Shown piece after piece: positions 57,420 to 64,000 of a DNA stretch of 64,000 nucleotides. Made by a program: the position numbers and the translations under genes. The stretch's first letter is position 1. Each line of letters begins with the position of its first letter. The notes under the pieces were generated by a model. The model did no database searches. It was not told the DNA's origin and was given only the letters and a program-made list of their open reading frames with translations. Source of the stretch: Clostridiales bacterium (GTDB taxonomy: Bacteria; Bacillota; Clostridia; Oscillospirales; CAG-272); assembly GCA_918290775.1 (NCBI GenBank), contig CAKJZF010000012.1, positions 11,226-75,225 of the forward strand, in the 5' to 3' direction.

Positions 57420-58478
57420 TTAATTTTTTTGCGGTTGCGTTTTGTCTGTTTCGCTTGTAGTCTCGCGCGGGAGCTTCCCTGAAATCGGTTTGTGGGCGGC
57501 AAGCGGATTCTGCGACATCGCGTTCTCCATATTGCGGTTGTCCACATGGGTGTAGATCTGCGTGGTGTTCAGTTGCTCATGCCCGAGAATCTCTTTCAAC
57601 ACGCGGACGTCCACATTCCCGGATTGGTACATCAACGTTGCGGCGGTATGGCGCAGCTTATGAACGGAATAGTGTTTTGCTTCCAAACCGGCGCGTTCCA
57701 AATACTTATAAACCATCGCCTGCACGGTCTTGACGCTCATCCGCTGTTCCAATCGGCTCAAAAACAGGGCGCGGTCGTGTACTGACGCGTATTTCGGTCC
57801 CCGTCTCTCCGCCAAATACGCCGCAAGCGCCTGAGCGCAGGCGTCGTTGAGATAAACGATCCGTTCTTTGCTTCCCTTGCCTGTAACGCGAAGAGAACGC
57901 AGCTCGGAATCCAGATCCGATAGGTTGATTCCAACCAGTTCGGAAACCCGCATTCCGCAGTTAAGAAAGAGCGTCAGAATCGCGAAATCACGCACGCGGT
58001 ACGGCGACTCGCGGTCATCTTCAACCGCCTGCAGAAGCCGCAGGGATTCCTCAAGCGTCAAAACCTTCGGAAGCGTTTTCTTCGGCTTCGGCGAATCAAT
58101 GTCGGCGGCTGGATTATGATCGAGATAGCGGCGACGGACAACCAGATATTTATAGAGCGAACGGATTGCCGACAGCTTGCGCGACCGCGCCGCCCATTGG
58201 TTGCCCCGCTCCTGATTGGTGTAAAAAAGAAAATCGTAAATGTCCTCCGCTGTAATGTCGCGGATTTCGTTCAACCCGAACGAGCGAATATTGATTTTGG
58301 TGAACGCATCGCTCTGCGGGTCAATGTCCCGCTTCCGGGCGATCAGAAAGCGAAAAAAGGTGCGCAGATCGAGCAGGTATTCCTCAACCGTTTTTTTGGA
58401 GCATCCCTGAATCGAGAGCTTATAGGAGGCATATTCCTGAATGAGCGCTGAAAATTCACTGACAGAAATTTCCGACAT
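57420..58478 (-). CDS. tyrosine recombinase, XerC/XerD family
   Basis: 352 aa. N-terminal SAM-like core-binding domain. Catalytic region has R...HKLRHTAAT...LGHEQLNTTQIYTHV (R-H-R-H/W-Y pattern). Confidence 0.88.
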   Translation of the reverse strand: MSEISVSEFSALIQEYASYKLSIQGCSKKTVEEYLLDLRTFFRFLIARKRDIDPQSDAFTKINIRSFGLNEIRDITAEDIYDFLFYTNQERGNQWAARSRKLSAIRSLYKYLVVRRRYLDHNPAADIDSPKPKKTLPKVLTLEESLRLLQAVEDDRESPYRVRDFAILTLFLNCGMRVSELVGINLSDLDSELRSLRVTGKGSKERIVYLNDACAQALAAYLAERRGPKYASVHDRALFLSRLEQRMSVKTVQAMVYKYLERAGLEAKHYSVHKLRHTAATLMYQSGNVDVRVLKEILGHEQLNTTQIYTHVDNRNMENAMSQNPLAAHKPISGKLPRETTSETDKTQPQKN

Positions 58479-58509
58479 TTCAAAAGTCCCCCTTCATTCG
58501 TTTTATCTT

Positions 58510-58531
58510 TATTTTACATCTATTTTACATC
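58510..58531. repeat. perfect tandem duplication of the 11-mer TATTTTACATC
   Basis: Read directly: TATTTTACATC TATTTTACATC, followed by ATTTTTTT. Lies 32-53 bp upstream of the recombinase start codon. Confidence 0.8.
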
Positions 58532-58579
58532 ATTTTTTTGCGTTTTGGTTGCGAATTTGTAAACTTTTGCGGCAGATGG

Positions 58580-58607
58580 TTGCTTTTTCGCTTTTTTTCG
58601 ATATAAT
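58580..58607 (+). promoter_or_regulatory. sigma-A promoter (TTGCTT-16-TATAAT)
   Basis: TTGCTT 58580-58585, TATAAT 58602-58607. Confidence 0.5.
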
Positions 58608-58638
58608 AGAGACAGATTGATCATCGGAGGTTTGGGAC

Positions 58639-59241
58639 ATGAAGTCATTTTTGAAGGAACGGTCCTATGACGCCGTGAAAATGTTTCTCAATCAGTTTGC
58701 TACCGCTATCTTCGGGTTTGTTCTCGCGCTCGCGGCAGGCAAAGCGCAAAATCCGGCTTTACGAAACATCACGAGCGCGTTTGCCGTTTTATTCTATCTC
58801 TTCCTGCTTTATACGATGACATGGGAGATCGGGTTTAAAGATAAGATCCCGATCGAGAAAGGCAGAAAGCCAAATCGTCCGTTTACAGGACTTTGGATCT
58901 CCCTTCTCGCAAACAGCCTGAATTTCATTCTTGCGATCTTCATCATGATAGCGTCGCTTGCCGATGTTCCGTTCTTCAGCAAAGTCGGCGGTTTTTGCGC
59001 GAGTGCAGCCGTTATCCTTGAAGGGATGTTTACAGGTCTTTTGGCAAATCGCGTGGGTGATGTTCCGCTCAATTCACATTGGTGGATGTTCTTCCTGATC
59101 ACGATCCCATCCATGATTGTTTGCACGGTTGCCTATTTCTTCGGAACCAAGGATATCAAATTTACTGGGCTGTTCAAATTTCAATACCCGAACAGCGACC
59201 GCGAACCGAAGCAGAAAAGAGACAATCGGGATGATGAATAA
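58639..59241 (+). CDS. hypothetical integral membrane protein
   Basis: 200 aa with 5 hydrophobic segments and a GGAGG RBS. No family recognised. Confidence 0.6.
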   Translation: MKSFLKERSYDAVKMFLNQFATAIFGFVLALAAGKAQNPALRNITSAFAVLFYLFLLYTMTWEIGFKDKIPIEKGRKPNRPFTGLWISLLANSLNFILAIFIMIASLADVPFFSKVGGFCASAAVILEGMFTGLLANRVGDVPLNSHWWMFFLITIPSMIVCTVAYFFGTKDIKFTGLFKFQYPNSDREPKQKRDNRDDE

Positions 59242-59245
59242 ACAG

Positions 59246-59273
59246 AAAATCCGAGGGTTTCCTCGGATTTTTT
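59246..59273 (+). terminator. intrinsic terminator
   Basis: AAAATCCGAGG / CCTCGGATTTT stem, 4-nt loop, T-tract. Confidence 0.85.
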
Positions 59274-59284
59274 GATGGAAGATA

Positions 59285-59313
59285 TAGACAAACAGGTTTT
59301 GTTGTGATATAAT
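59285..59313 (+). promoter_or_regulatory. sigma-A promoter of gltX-glnS (TAGACA-17-TATAAT, extended -10 TGa)
   Basis: TAGACA 59285-59290 and TGTGATATAAT ending at 59313. Confidence 0.55.
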
Positions 59314-59328
59314 AAGGAAACACAACGC

Positions 59329-61032
59329 ATGGAAGGACGGCTTTCTATGAATTTCGAACAGCTTGCAGAACTTCTTTTCCCGAATGTAACCGCGACTCCG
59401 GCGGACATGGAGGCGAAATACCCTCCCCGGACGCTGCCCGAGGGCGCCAAGGTCACGCGGTTTGCGCCAAGCCCAACCGGGTTTGTTCATTTCGGCGGTC
59501 TTTTCCCCGCCACCATCGCCGAGCGGCTGGCGCATCAGTCGGGCGGCGTCTTTTACCTGCGCGTTGAGGATACGGATGCGAAGCGTGAGGTGGAAGGCGC
59601 TGCGGAAGGACTGATTCGCACGCTGGCGCGTTACGGCGTTCACTTTGACGAAGGCGCTGTGATCGGAGCCGACGGAAAAATCACCGATCGCGGGGCATAT
59701 GGTCCCTACTGTCAGAGCCGCCGCGCGGAAATTTACCATGTTTACGCGAAGCAATTGGTGCGCGAGGGTAAAGCGTATCCCGTTTTCACAACGCGCGAAG
59801 AGCTTGACGCGTTGAACGCCGTTGATAAAAAAGCGGAGATCAAAACCCGCGATTGGGAGAGCGAACAGGACGCTCGCCGCGAGGAACAGTTCCGGCAGCG
59901 GCAAATTACCCTTGACGAAGTACAAGCTCATCTTGCCGCGGGAGATCCTTTCGTTCTTCGGCTACTCTCCGACGGGGATCCCGATAAAAAAATTCCCTTC
60001 ACCGATCTGGTGCGCGGAAAACTGGAGATTCCCGAAAACGATGAGGATTTCGTTCTTTTGAAAAGCGACGGAATCCCGACGTATCATTTTGCCCATGCCG
60101 TTGACGACCATCTGATGGGAACCACCCATGTTGTTCGCGGCGAGGAATGGCTGCCGAGCGTTGCAAAGCACATCATGCTCTTCCGCTATCTCGGCTTCCG
60201 CCTGCCGAAATATATGCATATTTCGCAGATCATGCGGTTGGATGAAAACGGCAACAAGAAAAAGCTCTCCAAGCGTGATATGGGCGCGAATCTCGATGAT
60301 TACAGCCGCATGGGCTATGCGCCCGACTGCGTTTGCGAATATATCATGACGCTTCTCAACTCCAACTATGAAGAATGGCACGCGCAAAACTCCGAAAAGC
60401 CCTATACCGACTTCCCTTTCAACATCAAGAAAATGAGCATTTCGGGTTGTCTGTTCGATTTTGACAAACTGAATGACGTCAGTAAGAACGTCATCTCGCG
60501 GATGTCCGCCGAAGCGGTTCGGGAACAGGTGACCGCGTGGGCGCTGGCAAACGATCCCGATTTTGGGGCGTTGCTTTCACGCGACGCAGATTATGCGAGG
60601 TCAATCTTCGCCATCGGTCGAGGCGGTAAAAAACCGCGCAAGGATCTTGCGACATGGGCGGATGCGAAAGGCTATATGGGCTTCTTCTACGACGAGCTGT
60701 TTTGTATGGAGGACGCCTATGACGATCGCTTCCCCAAAGAGGATATTCGCCGTGCGCTGACCGATTTTCTCGCGACATATGATCCATCCGACGAAATGAA
60801 CGTTTGGTTTGATAAAATCAAGGCGGTGACAGACCGCCTCGGTTATGCATCGGATATGAAAGCGTATAAAGCCGATCCTACGGCGTTCCGCGGCAATGTT
60901 GCGGATGTGAGTATGTTTTTGCGAGTCGCCGTAACGGGAAAGCTCAACTCCCCCGATATGTATGCCGTGATGCAGATTCTTGGCGCAGATCGCGTCAAAT
61001 TCCGCGTCAGAACCATGATCGGGACACTCTGA
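59329..61032 (+). CDS. gltX: glutamate--tRNA ligase (long form)
   Basis: Class I motifs PSPTGFVHFGG (HIGH-type) and KLSKR (KMSKS-type). The start may instead be ATG 59347. Confidence 0.88.
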   Translation: MEGRLSMNFEQLAELLFPNVTATPADMEAKYPPRTLPEGAKVTRFAPSPTGFVHFGGLFPATIAERLAHQSGGVFYLRVEDTDAKREVEGAAEGLIRTLARYGVHFDEGAVIGADGKITDRGAYGPYCQSRRAEIYHVYAKQLVREGKAYPVFTTREELDALNAVDKKAEIKTRDWESEQDARREEQFRQRQITLDEVQAHLAAGDPFVLRLLSDGDPDKKIPFTDLVRGKLEIPENDEDFVLLKSDGIPTYHFAHAVDDHLMGTTHVVRGEEWLPSVAKHIMLFRYLGFRLPKYMHISQIMRLDENGNKKKLSKRDMGANLDDYSRMGYAPDCVCEYIMTLLNSNYEEWHAQNSEKPYTDFPFNIKKMSISGCLFDFDKLNDVSKNVISRMSAEAVREQVTAWALANDPDFGALLSRDADYARSIFAIGRGGKKPRKDLATWADAKGYMGFFYDELFCMEDAYDDRFPKEDIRRALTDFLATYDPSDEMNVWFDKIKAVTDRLGYASDMKAYKADPTAFRGNVADVSMFLRVAVTGKLNSPDMYAVMQILGADRVKFRVRTMIGTL

Positions 61033-61047
61033 AAAAGGAGAAATACC

Positions 61048-62712
61048 ATGGCTGAAACAATGGAAAACAATTTTATTTGGGATTTTATCGAAGAGGATCT
61101 GCGCGAAAATCCGAACATGAAGGTTCACACCCGATTCCCGCCAGAGCCGAACGGCTATCTTCACATCGGGCATTGCAAAGCGCTCTGCGTGGATTTCGGA
61201 ACCGCGCGTCGGTTCGGCGGCGTTTGCAATCTCCGAATGGATGACACCAACCCCGCCAAAGAAGATACCGAATATGTAGACGCCATTATGGAGGACATCC
61301 GCTGGCTGGGGTTTGACTGGGACGATCGTTTTTTTTACGGTTCCGATTACTTTGAAAAGGACTATGAGCTTGCCGTCGGACTGATTAAAAAGGGACTTGC
61401 CTATGTCTGCGAGCTTTCCGCGGAGGAATTCCGTGACCCGAAATATTGCGGCGACCTGACGCATCCCGCTGTCTCCCCTTGGCGCGACCGTCCTGTGGCG
61501 GAGTCACTCGATTTGTTTGCCCGCATGAAAAACGGAGAATTCCCCGAGGGAAAATATACCTTGCGTGCAAAGATTGACCTTGCCTCCGGCAACTTCTGTA
61601 TGCGCGACCCCGTGATCTATCGCATCAAATATGTGGAGCATCACCGGCAAGGGACCAAATGGTGCATTTTCCCCATGTATGACTTTGCGCACCCGATTCA
61701 GGACGCATTGGAAGGAATCACGCATTCCCTTTGCTCCCTGGAATATGAGATTCATCGCCCGCTCTACAACTGGGTACGCGACAATGTGGATCTGCCGAAA
61801 GCGGCGGTCGGATTTCCCCGCCAGATCGAGTTTGCCCGCCTGAACATCACTTACACCGTTTTGTCCAAGCGGTTCCTGCGCGGATTGGTGGAAAGCGGCG
61901 TTGTGGACGGTTGGGACGACCCGAGAATGCCTACGCTCTGCGGTCTGCGCCGCCGGGGTTACACGGCGTCCTCAATTCTCGATTTCATCGGGCGCACGGG
62001 CGTTGCAAAATCGGACAGTTTAGTGGACATTCGTCAGCTCGAGGCTTGCCTGCGCGACGAATTGAACGCAAAAGCACCGCGGCGCATTGCCGTTCTTCAC
62101 CCAATCAAGGCGGTTGTGACCAATTACCCCGCCGATCGAACCGAATTCTTTGAGATTCCAAACAATCCGCAGGACGCTGAAGCAGGAACACGCAAGGTCG
62201 CCTTCACGCGGGAGCTTTGGATCGACGCGGATGACTTTGCCGAAGTTCCGCCGCCCAAGTTCTTCCGCATGAAGCCGGATGGCGAAGTTCGTCTGATGGG
62301 CGCATACATCGTCCGTTGCGACGAGGTTGTGAAAAATGAGGACGGAAGCATCCGCGAGATCCGCTGTACAGCAGACTTGGAGACCGGTAACGGGATGCCT
62401 GCCGACGGCAGAAAGATCAAAGGGACGATTCATTGGCTCTCCGCCGCAAACTGCGCCGACGCAACCGTTCATCTCTACAACAACCTGACCACGCTCGAGA
62501 ATCCTTCTGCCAAGCCCGCCGACAAGGATTACACCGATTTCATCAATCCCGAATCTCTGATCATCGTTGAGCACGCGAAGGTGGAACCCGCGTTGGAGGA
62601 GGCAAAGGCAGGCGAACAGTATCAGTTCGTTCGCACCGGCTATTTCTGCAAGGATTCTAAAAATCCCCATGTATTCAACCGCGTGGTAACGCTGAAGGAT
62701 AGCTTCAAATAA
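61048..62712 (+). CDS. glnS: glutamine--tRNA ligase
   Basis: 554 aa. TRFPPEPNGYLHIGH, VLSKR and the C-terminal anticodon-binding beta-barrel region are typical of GlnRS. Confidence 0.93.
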   Translation: MAETMENNFIWDFIEEDLRENPNMKVHTRFPPEPNGYLHIGHCKALCVDFGTARRFGGVCNLRMDDTNPAKEDTEYVDAIMEDIRWLGFDWDDRFFYGSDYFEKDYELAVGLIKKGLAYVCELSAEEFRDPKYCGDLTHPAVSPWRDRPVAESLDLFARMKNGEFPEGKYTLRAKIDLASGNFCMRDPVIYRIKYVEHHRQGTKWCIFPMYDFAHPIQDALEGITHSLCSLEYEIHRPLYNWVRDNVDLPKAAVGFPRQIEFARLNITYTVLSKRFLRGLVESGVVDGWDDPRMPTLCGLRRRGYTASSILDFIGRTGVAKSDSLVDIRQLEACLRDELNAKAPRRIAVLHPIKAVVTNYPADRTEFFEIPNNPQDAEAGTRKVAFTRELWIDADDFAEVPPPKFFRMKPDGEVRLMGAYIVRCDEVVKNEDGSIREIRCTADLETGNGMPADGRKIKGTIHWLSAANCADATVHLYNNLTTLENPSAKPADKDYTDFINPESLIIVEHAKVEPALEEAKAGEQYQFVRTGYFCKDSKNPHVFNRVVTLKDSFK

Positions 62713-62751
62713 AAAGATCTCCGAACCGCAATGCGGTTCGGAGATCTTTTT
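62712..62751. terminator. bidirectional intrinsic terminator (39-nt perfect palindrome)
   Basis: AAAAGATCTCCGAACCGCA a TGCGGTTCGGAGATCTTTT, between convergent glnS and the lipoprotein gene. Confidence 0.9.
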
Positions 62752-62757
62752 ATTTAT

Positions 62758-63237
62758 TTAATCAGGGGAGATCAGCTCACCAAAGTTTTTGCCGTCCGTA
62801 TCGCTGACAACTTCCAAACTTGAAGCATCCGTTTCCGATTCGGTAGTGGTTTCCGCGGGCTTCTCGGTGGTATCAACTGACGGTTTCTCGGTGGTGTCAT
62901 CTTCGTCGGTCAGCTGATTTGCATCCGTTTGCGGTTCGGCAGTGATTTCAGTGAGCTTCGCGGTTACTTCGGATTCGGACTCTGCAGGTGTAGAATCCGA
63001 GACAGGCTCCGCTGTGGATGTATCATCCGAGGAGGGTGACGAAGGCTCCTGCTCTTTTTCGGAGGTGGAACCGTCAGCGGATGGCTCGGTTTCATCCGAT
63101 TCGGAAGCGGTTGTAGGATTGCTCTCGTTTGTTACGGGATCATTGGTGGAATTGTTTCCGCAGGCGACCACCGTCAGAAGCAACACGGAAAGAAGAACCA
63201 TGGCAATCAATCGTTTTTTCATATCAGATACCGTCAT
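62758..63237 (-). CDS. acidic low-complexity lipoprotein
   Basis: Lipobox LLTVVAC after a hydrophobic signal. The mature part is dominated by S/T/E/D/P. The start may be ATG 63222 (MKKRLIAM...). Confidence 0.7.
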   Translation of the reverse strand: MTVSDMKKRLIAMVLLSVLLLTVVACGNNSTNDPVTNESNPTTASESDETEPSADGSTSEKEQEPSSPSSDDTSTAEPVSDSTPAESESEVTAKLTEITAEPQTDANQLTDEDDTTEKPSVDTTEKPAETTTESETDASSLEVVSDTDGKNFGELISPD

Positions 63238-63277
63238 TTATGAATTTGGAAGTATCAAAACCGTTTCTTTGTCTAAA

Positions 63278-63306
63278 ATTATATCATTCTAAAAAACAAT
63301 TGTCAA
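63278..63306 (-). promoter_or_regulatory. sigma-A promoter of the lipoprotein gene (TTGACA-17-TATAAT)
   Basis: On the minus strand, TTGACA (63301-63306) and TATAAT (63278-63283), both perfect hexamers. Confidence 0.7.
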
Positions 63307-63346
63307 TATTTTTTCGGAATCTTCATCCATTTTTGTGAAAGATTAC

Positions 63347-63391
63347 AAAAAAATTCACTGCGCTTTTCATGCACGCAGTGAATTTTTTTTT
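63347..63391. terminator. bidirectional intrinsic terminator after fba
   Basis: AAATTCACTGCG / CGCAGTGAATTT 12-bp stem flanked by A7 and T9 tracts. Confidence 0.85.
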
Positions 63392-63400
63392 GGCGACCGA

Positions 63401-64000
63401 TCAGGCTTTTCCCACCGATCCGAAGAGTTCCATCTTCTCCTTGACGGTTGCTTTGATGGCTTCCACGCCGGGAGCGAGCAATTTTCTCGGGTCAAATCCC
63501 TTGCCCTGAAGGTCTTTGCCGGCTTCAATATATTTGCGGGTCGCCTCGGCAAACGCGAGCTGGCATTCGGTGTTCACGTTGATTTTGGAAACGCCGAGCG
63601 AGATCGCCTTGCGGATCTGATCTGCGGGAATACCCGTTCCACCGTGAAGCACGAGCGGCATCGCGCCGACCTTTTCGGAAATAGCGGCGAGCGTCTCAAA
63701 GGAAAGACCGGGCCAATTTGCAGGATACTTACCGTGGATATTGCCGATTCCAGCCGCCAACATGGTTACGCCGAGGTCGGCAATCTGCTTGCATTCGTTG
63801 GGATCCGCGCATTCACCCATGCCGATCACGCCGTCCTCTTCGCCGCCGATGGCGCCGACCTCCGCCTCAAGGGACAGTCCCTTCTCGGCGCAGACTTTGA
63901 CAAGCTCCTTCGTCTTTTCGACATTCTCTTCAATCGGATAATGAGAACCGTCAAACATGATGGACGAGAATCCCGCCTCGATGCAACGGTAGCACCCCTC
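63401..64000 (-). CDS. fba: class II fructose-bisphosphate aldolase (C-terminal part; gene continues beyond the window)
   Basis: IMFDGSHYP, EAEVGAIGGEEDG, GNIHGKY, LVLHGGTGIP motifs. The frame stays open to the window edge. Confidence 0.9.
   Translation of the reverse strand, partial: EGCYRCIEAGFSSIMFDGSHYPIEENVEKTKELVKVCAEKGLSLEAEVGAIGGEEDGVIGMGECADPNECKQIADLGVTMLAAGIGNIHGKYPANWPGLSFETLAAISEKVGAMPLVLHGGTGIPADQIRKAISLGVSKINVNTECQLAFAEATRKYIEAGKDLQGKGFDPRKLLAPGVEAIKATVKEKMELFGSVGKA

Noticed and set aside
57278-58478. A tRNA-Val next to a tyrosine recombinase, considered as a possible integrative element boundary.
   Set aside because: No phage, conjugation or cargo genes flank it. I found no duplicated tRNA 3' segment (attL/attR). 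The recombinase looks like the conserved chromosomal XerC/D-family type. The neighbours (dac, gltX, glnS) are core genes, and the tRNA has its own consensus promoter and terminator.
1-64000. A search for CRISPR arrays, IS inverted repeats, retron or group II intron signatures, toxin-antitoxin pairs and defence-gene clusters.
   Set aside because: There are no regularly spaced direct repeats and no transposase or reverse-transcriptase-like ORFs. No non-coding gap exceeds ~350 bp. Every multi-gene block is explained by housekeeping functions.

Overview
This window looks like conserved chromosomal backbone of a spore-forming, Clostridia-type Firmicute. Supporting markers are polC, spoIIID, pdaA, ylmC/ymxH, an ECF transporter module, and the Gram-positive gene order rpsB-tsf-pyrH-frr-uppS-cdsA-dxr-rseP-ispG-polC. 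I call 58 protein-coding genes (the last, fba, runs off the window), one tmRNA next to smpB, and one tRNA-Val(GAC). I also call about 14 intrinsic terminators or hairpins and a set of near-consensus sigma-A promoters. I found no IS element, prophage, CRISPR array, toxin-antitoxin pair or recognisable defence island, so I do not claim a new multi-gene system. The one signal the gene map does not explain is the short DNA word CGGTACTTTT. By manual scan it occurs 8 times exactly, where about 0.1 copies would be expected. Each copy is preceded by a T4-5 or A4-5 run, and there are several C-to-T variants. A 17-25 nt extended form sits at three convergent gene junctions, and a second form is fused to the 3' side of two terminators. 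Its function is unknown; a 3'-end RNA element, a protein or nucleoid binding site, or an uptake-type signal are all open. Smaller observations: (1) a structured rpsB leader with twin TTGCGCAA palindromes; (2) a 10-bp inverted-repeat operator candidate; (3) phased tandem 10-11-mers; (4) a PHP/CpsB-like protein that seems to have lost its metal ligands; (5) a ClpC-like ATPase with a zinc-ribbon N-terminus; (6) an orphan rhaA; (7) a small P-loop protein upstream of topB. All coordinates and counts come from reading the sequence by eye. No searches were run, so every family assignment rests on motif recognition.
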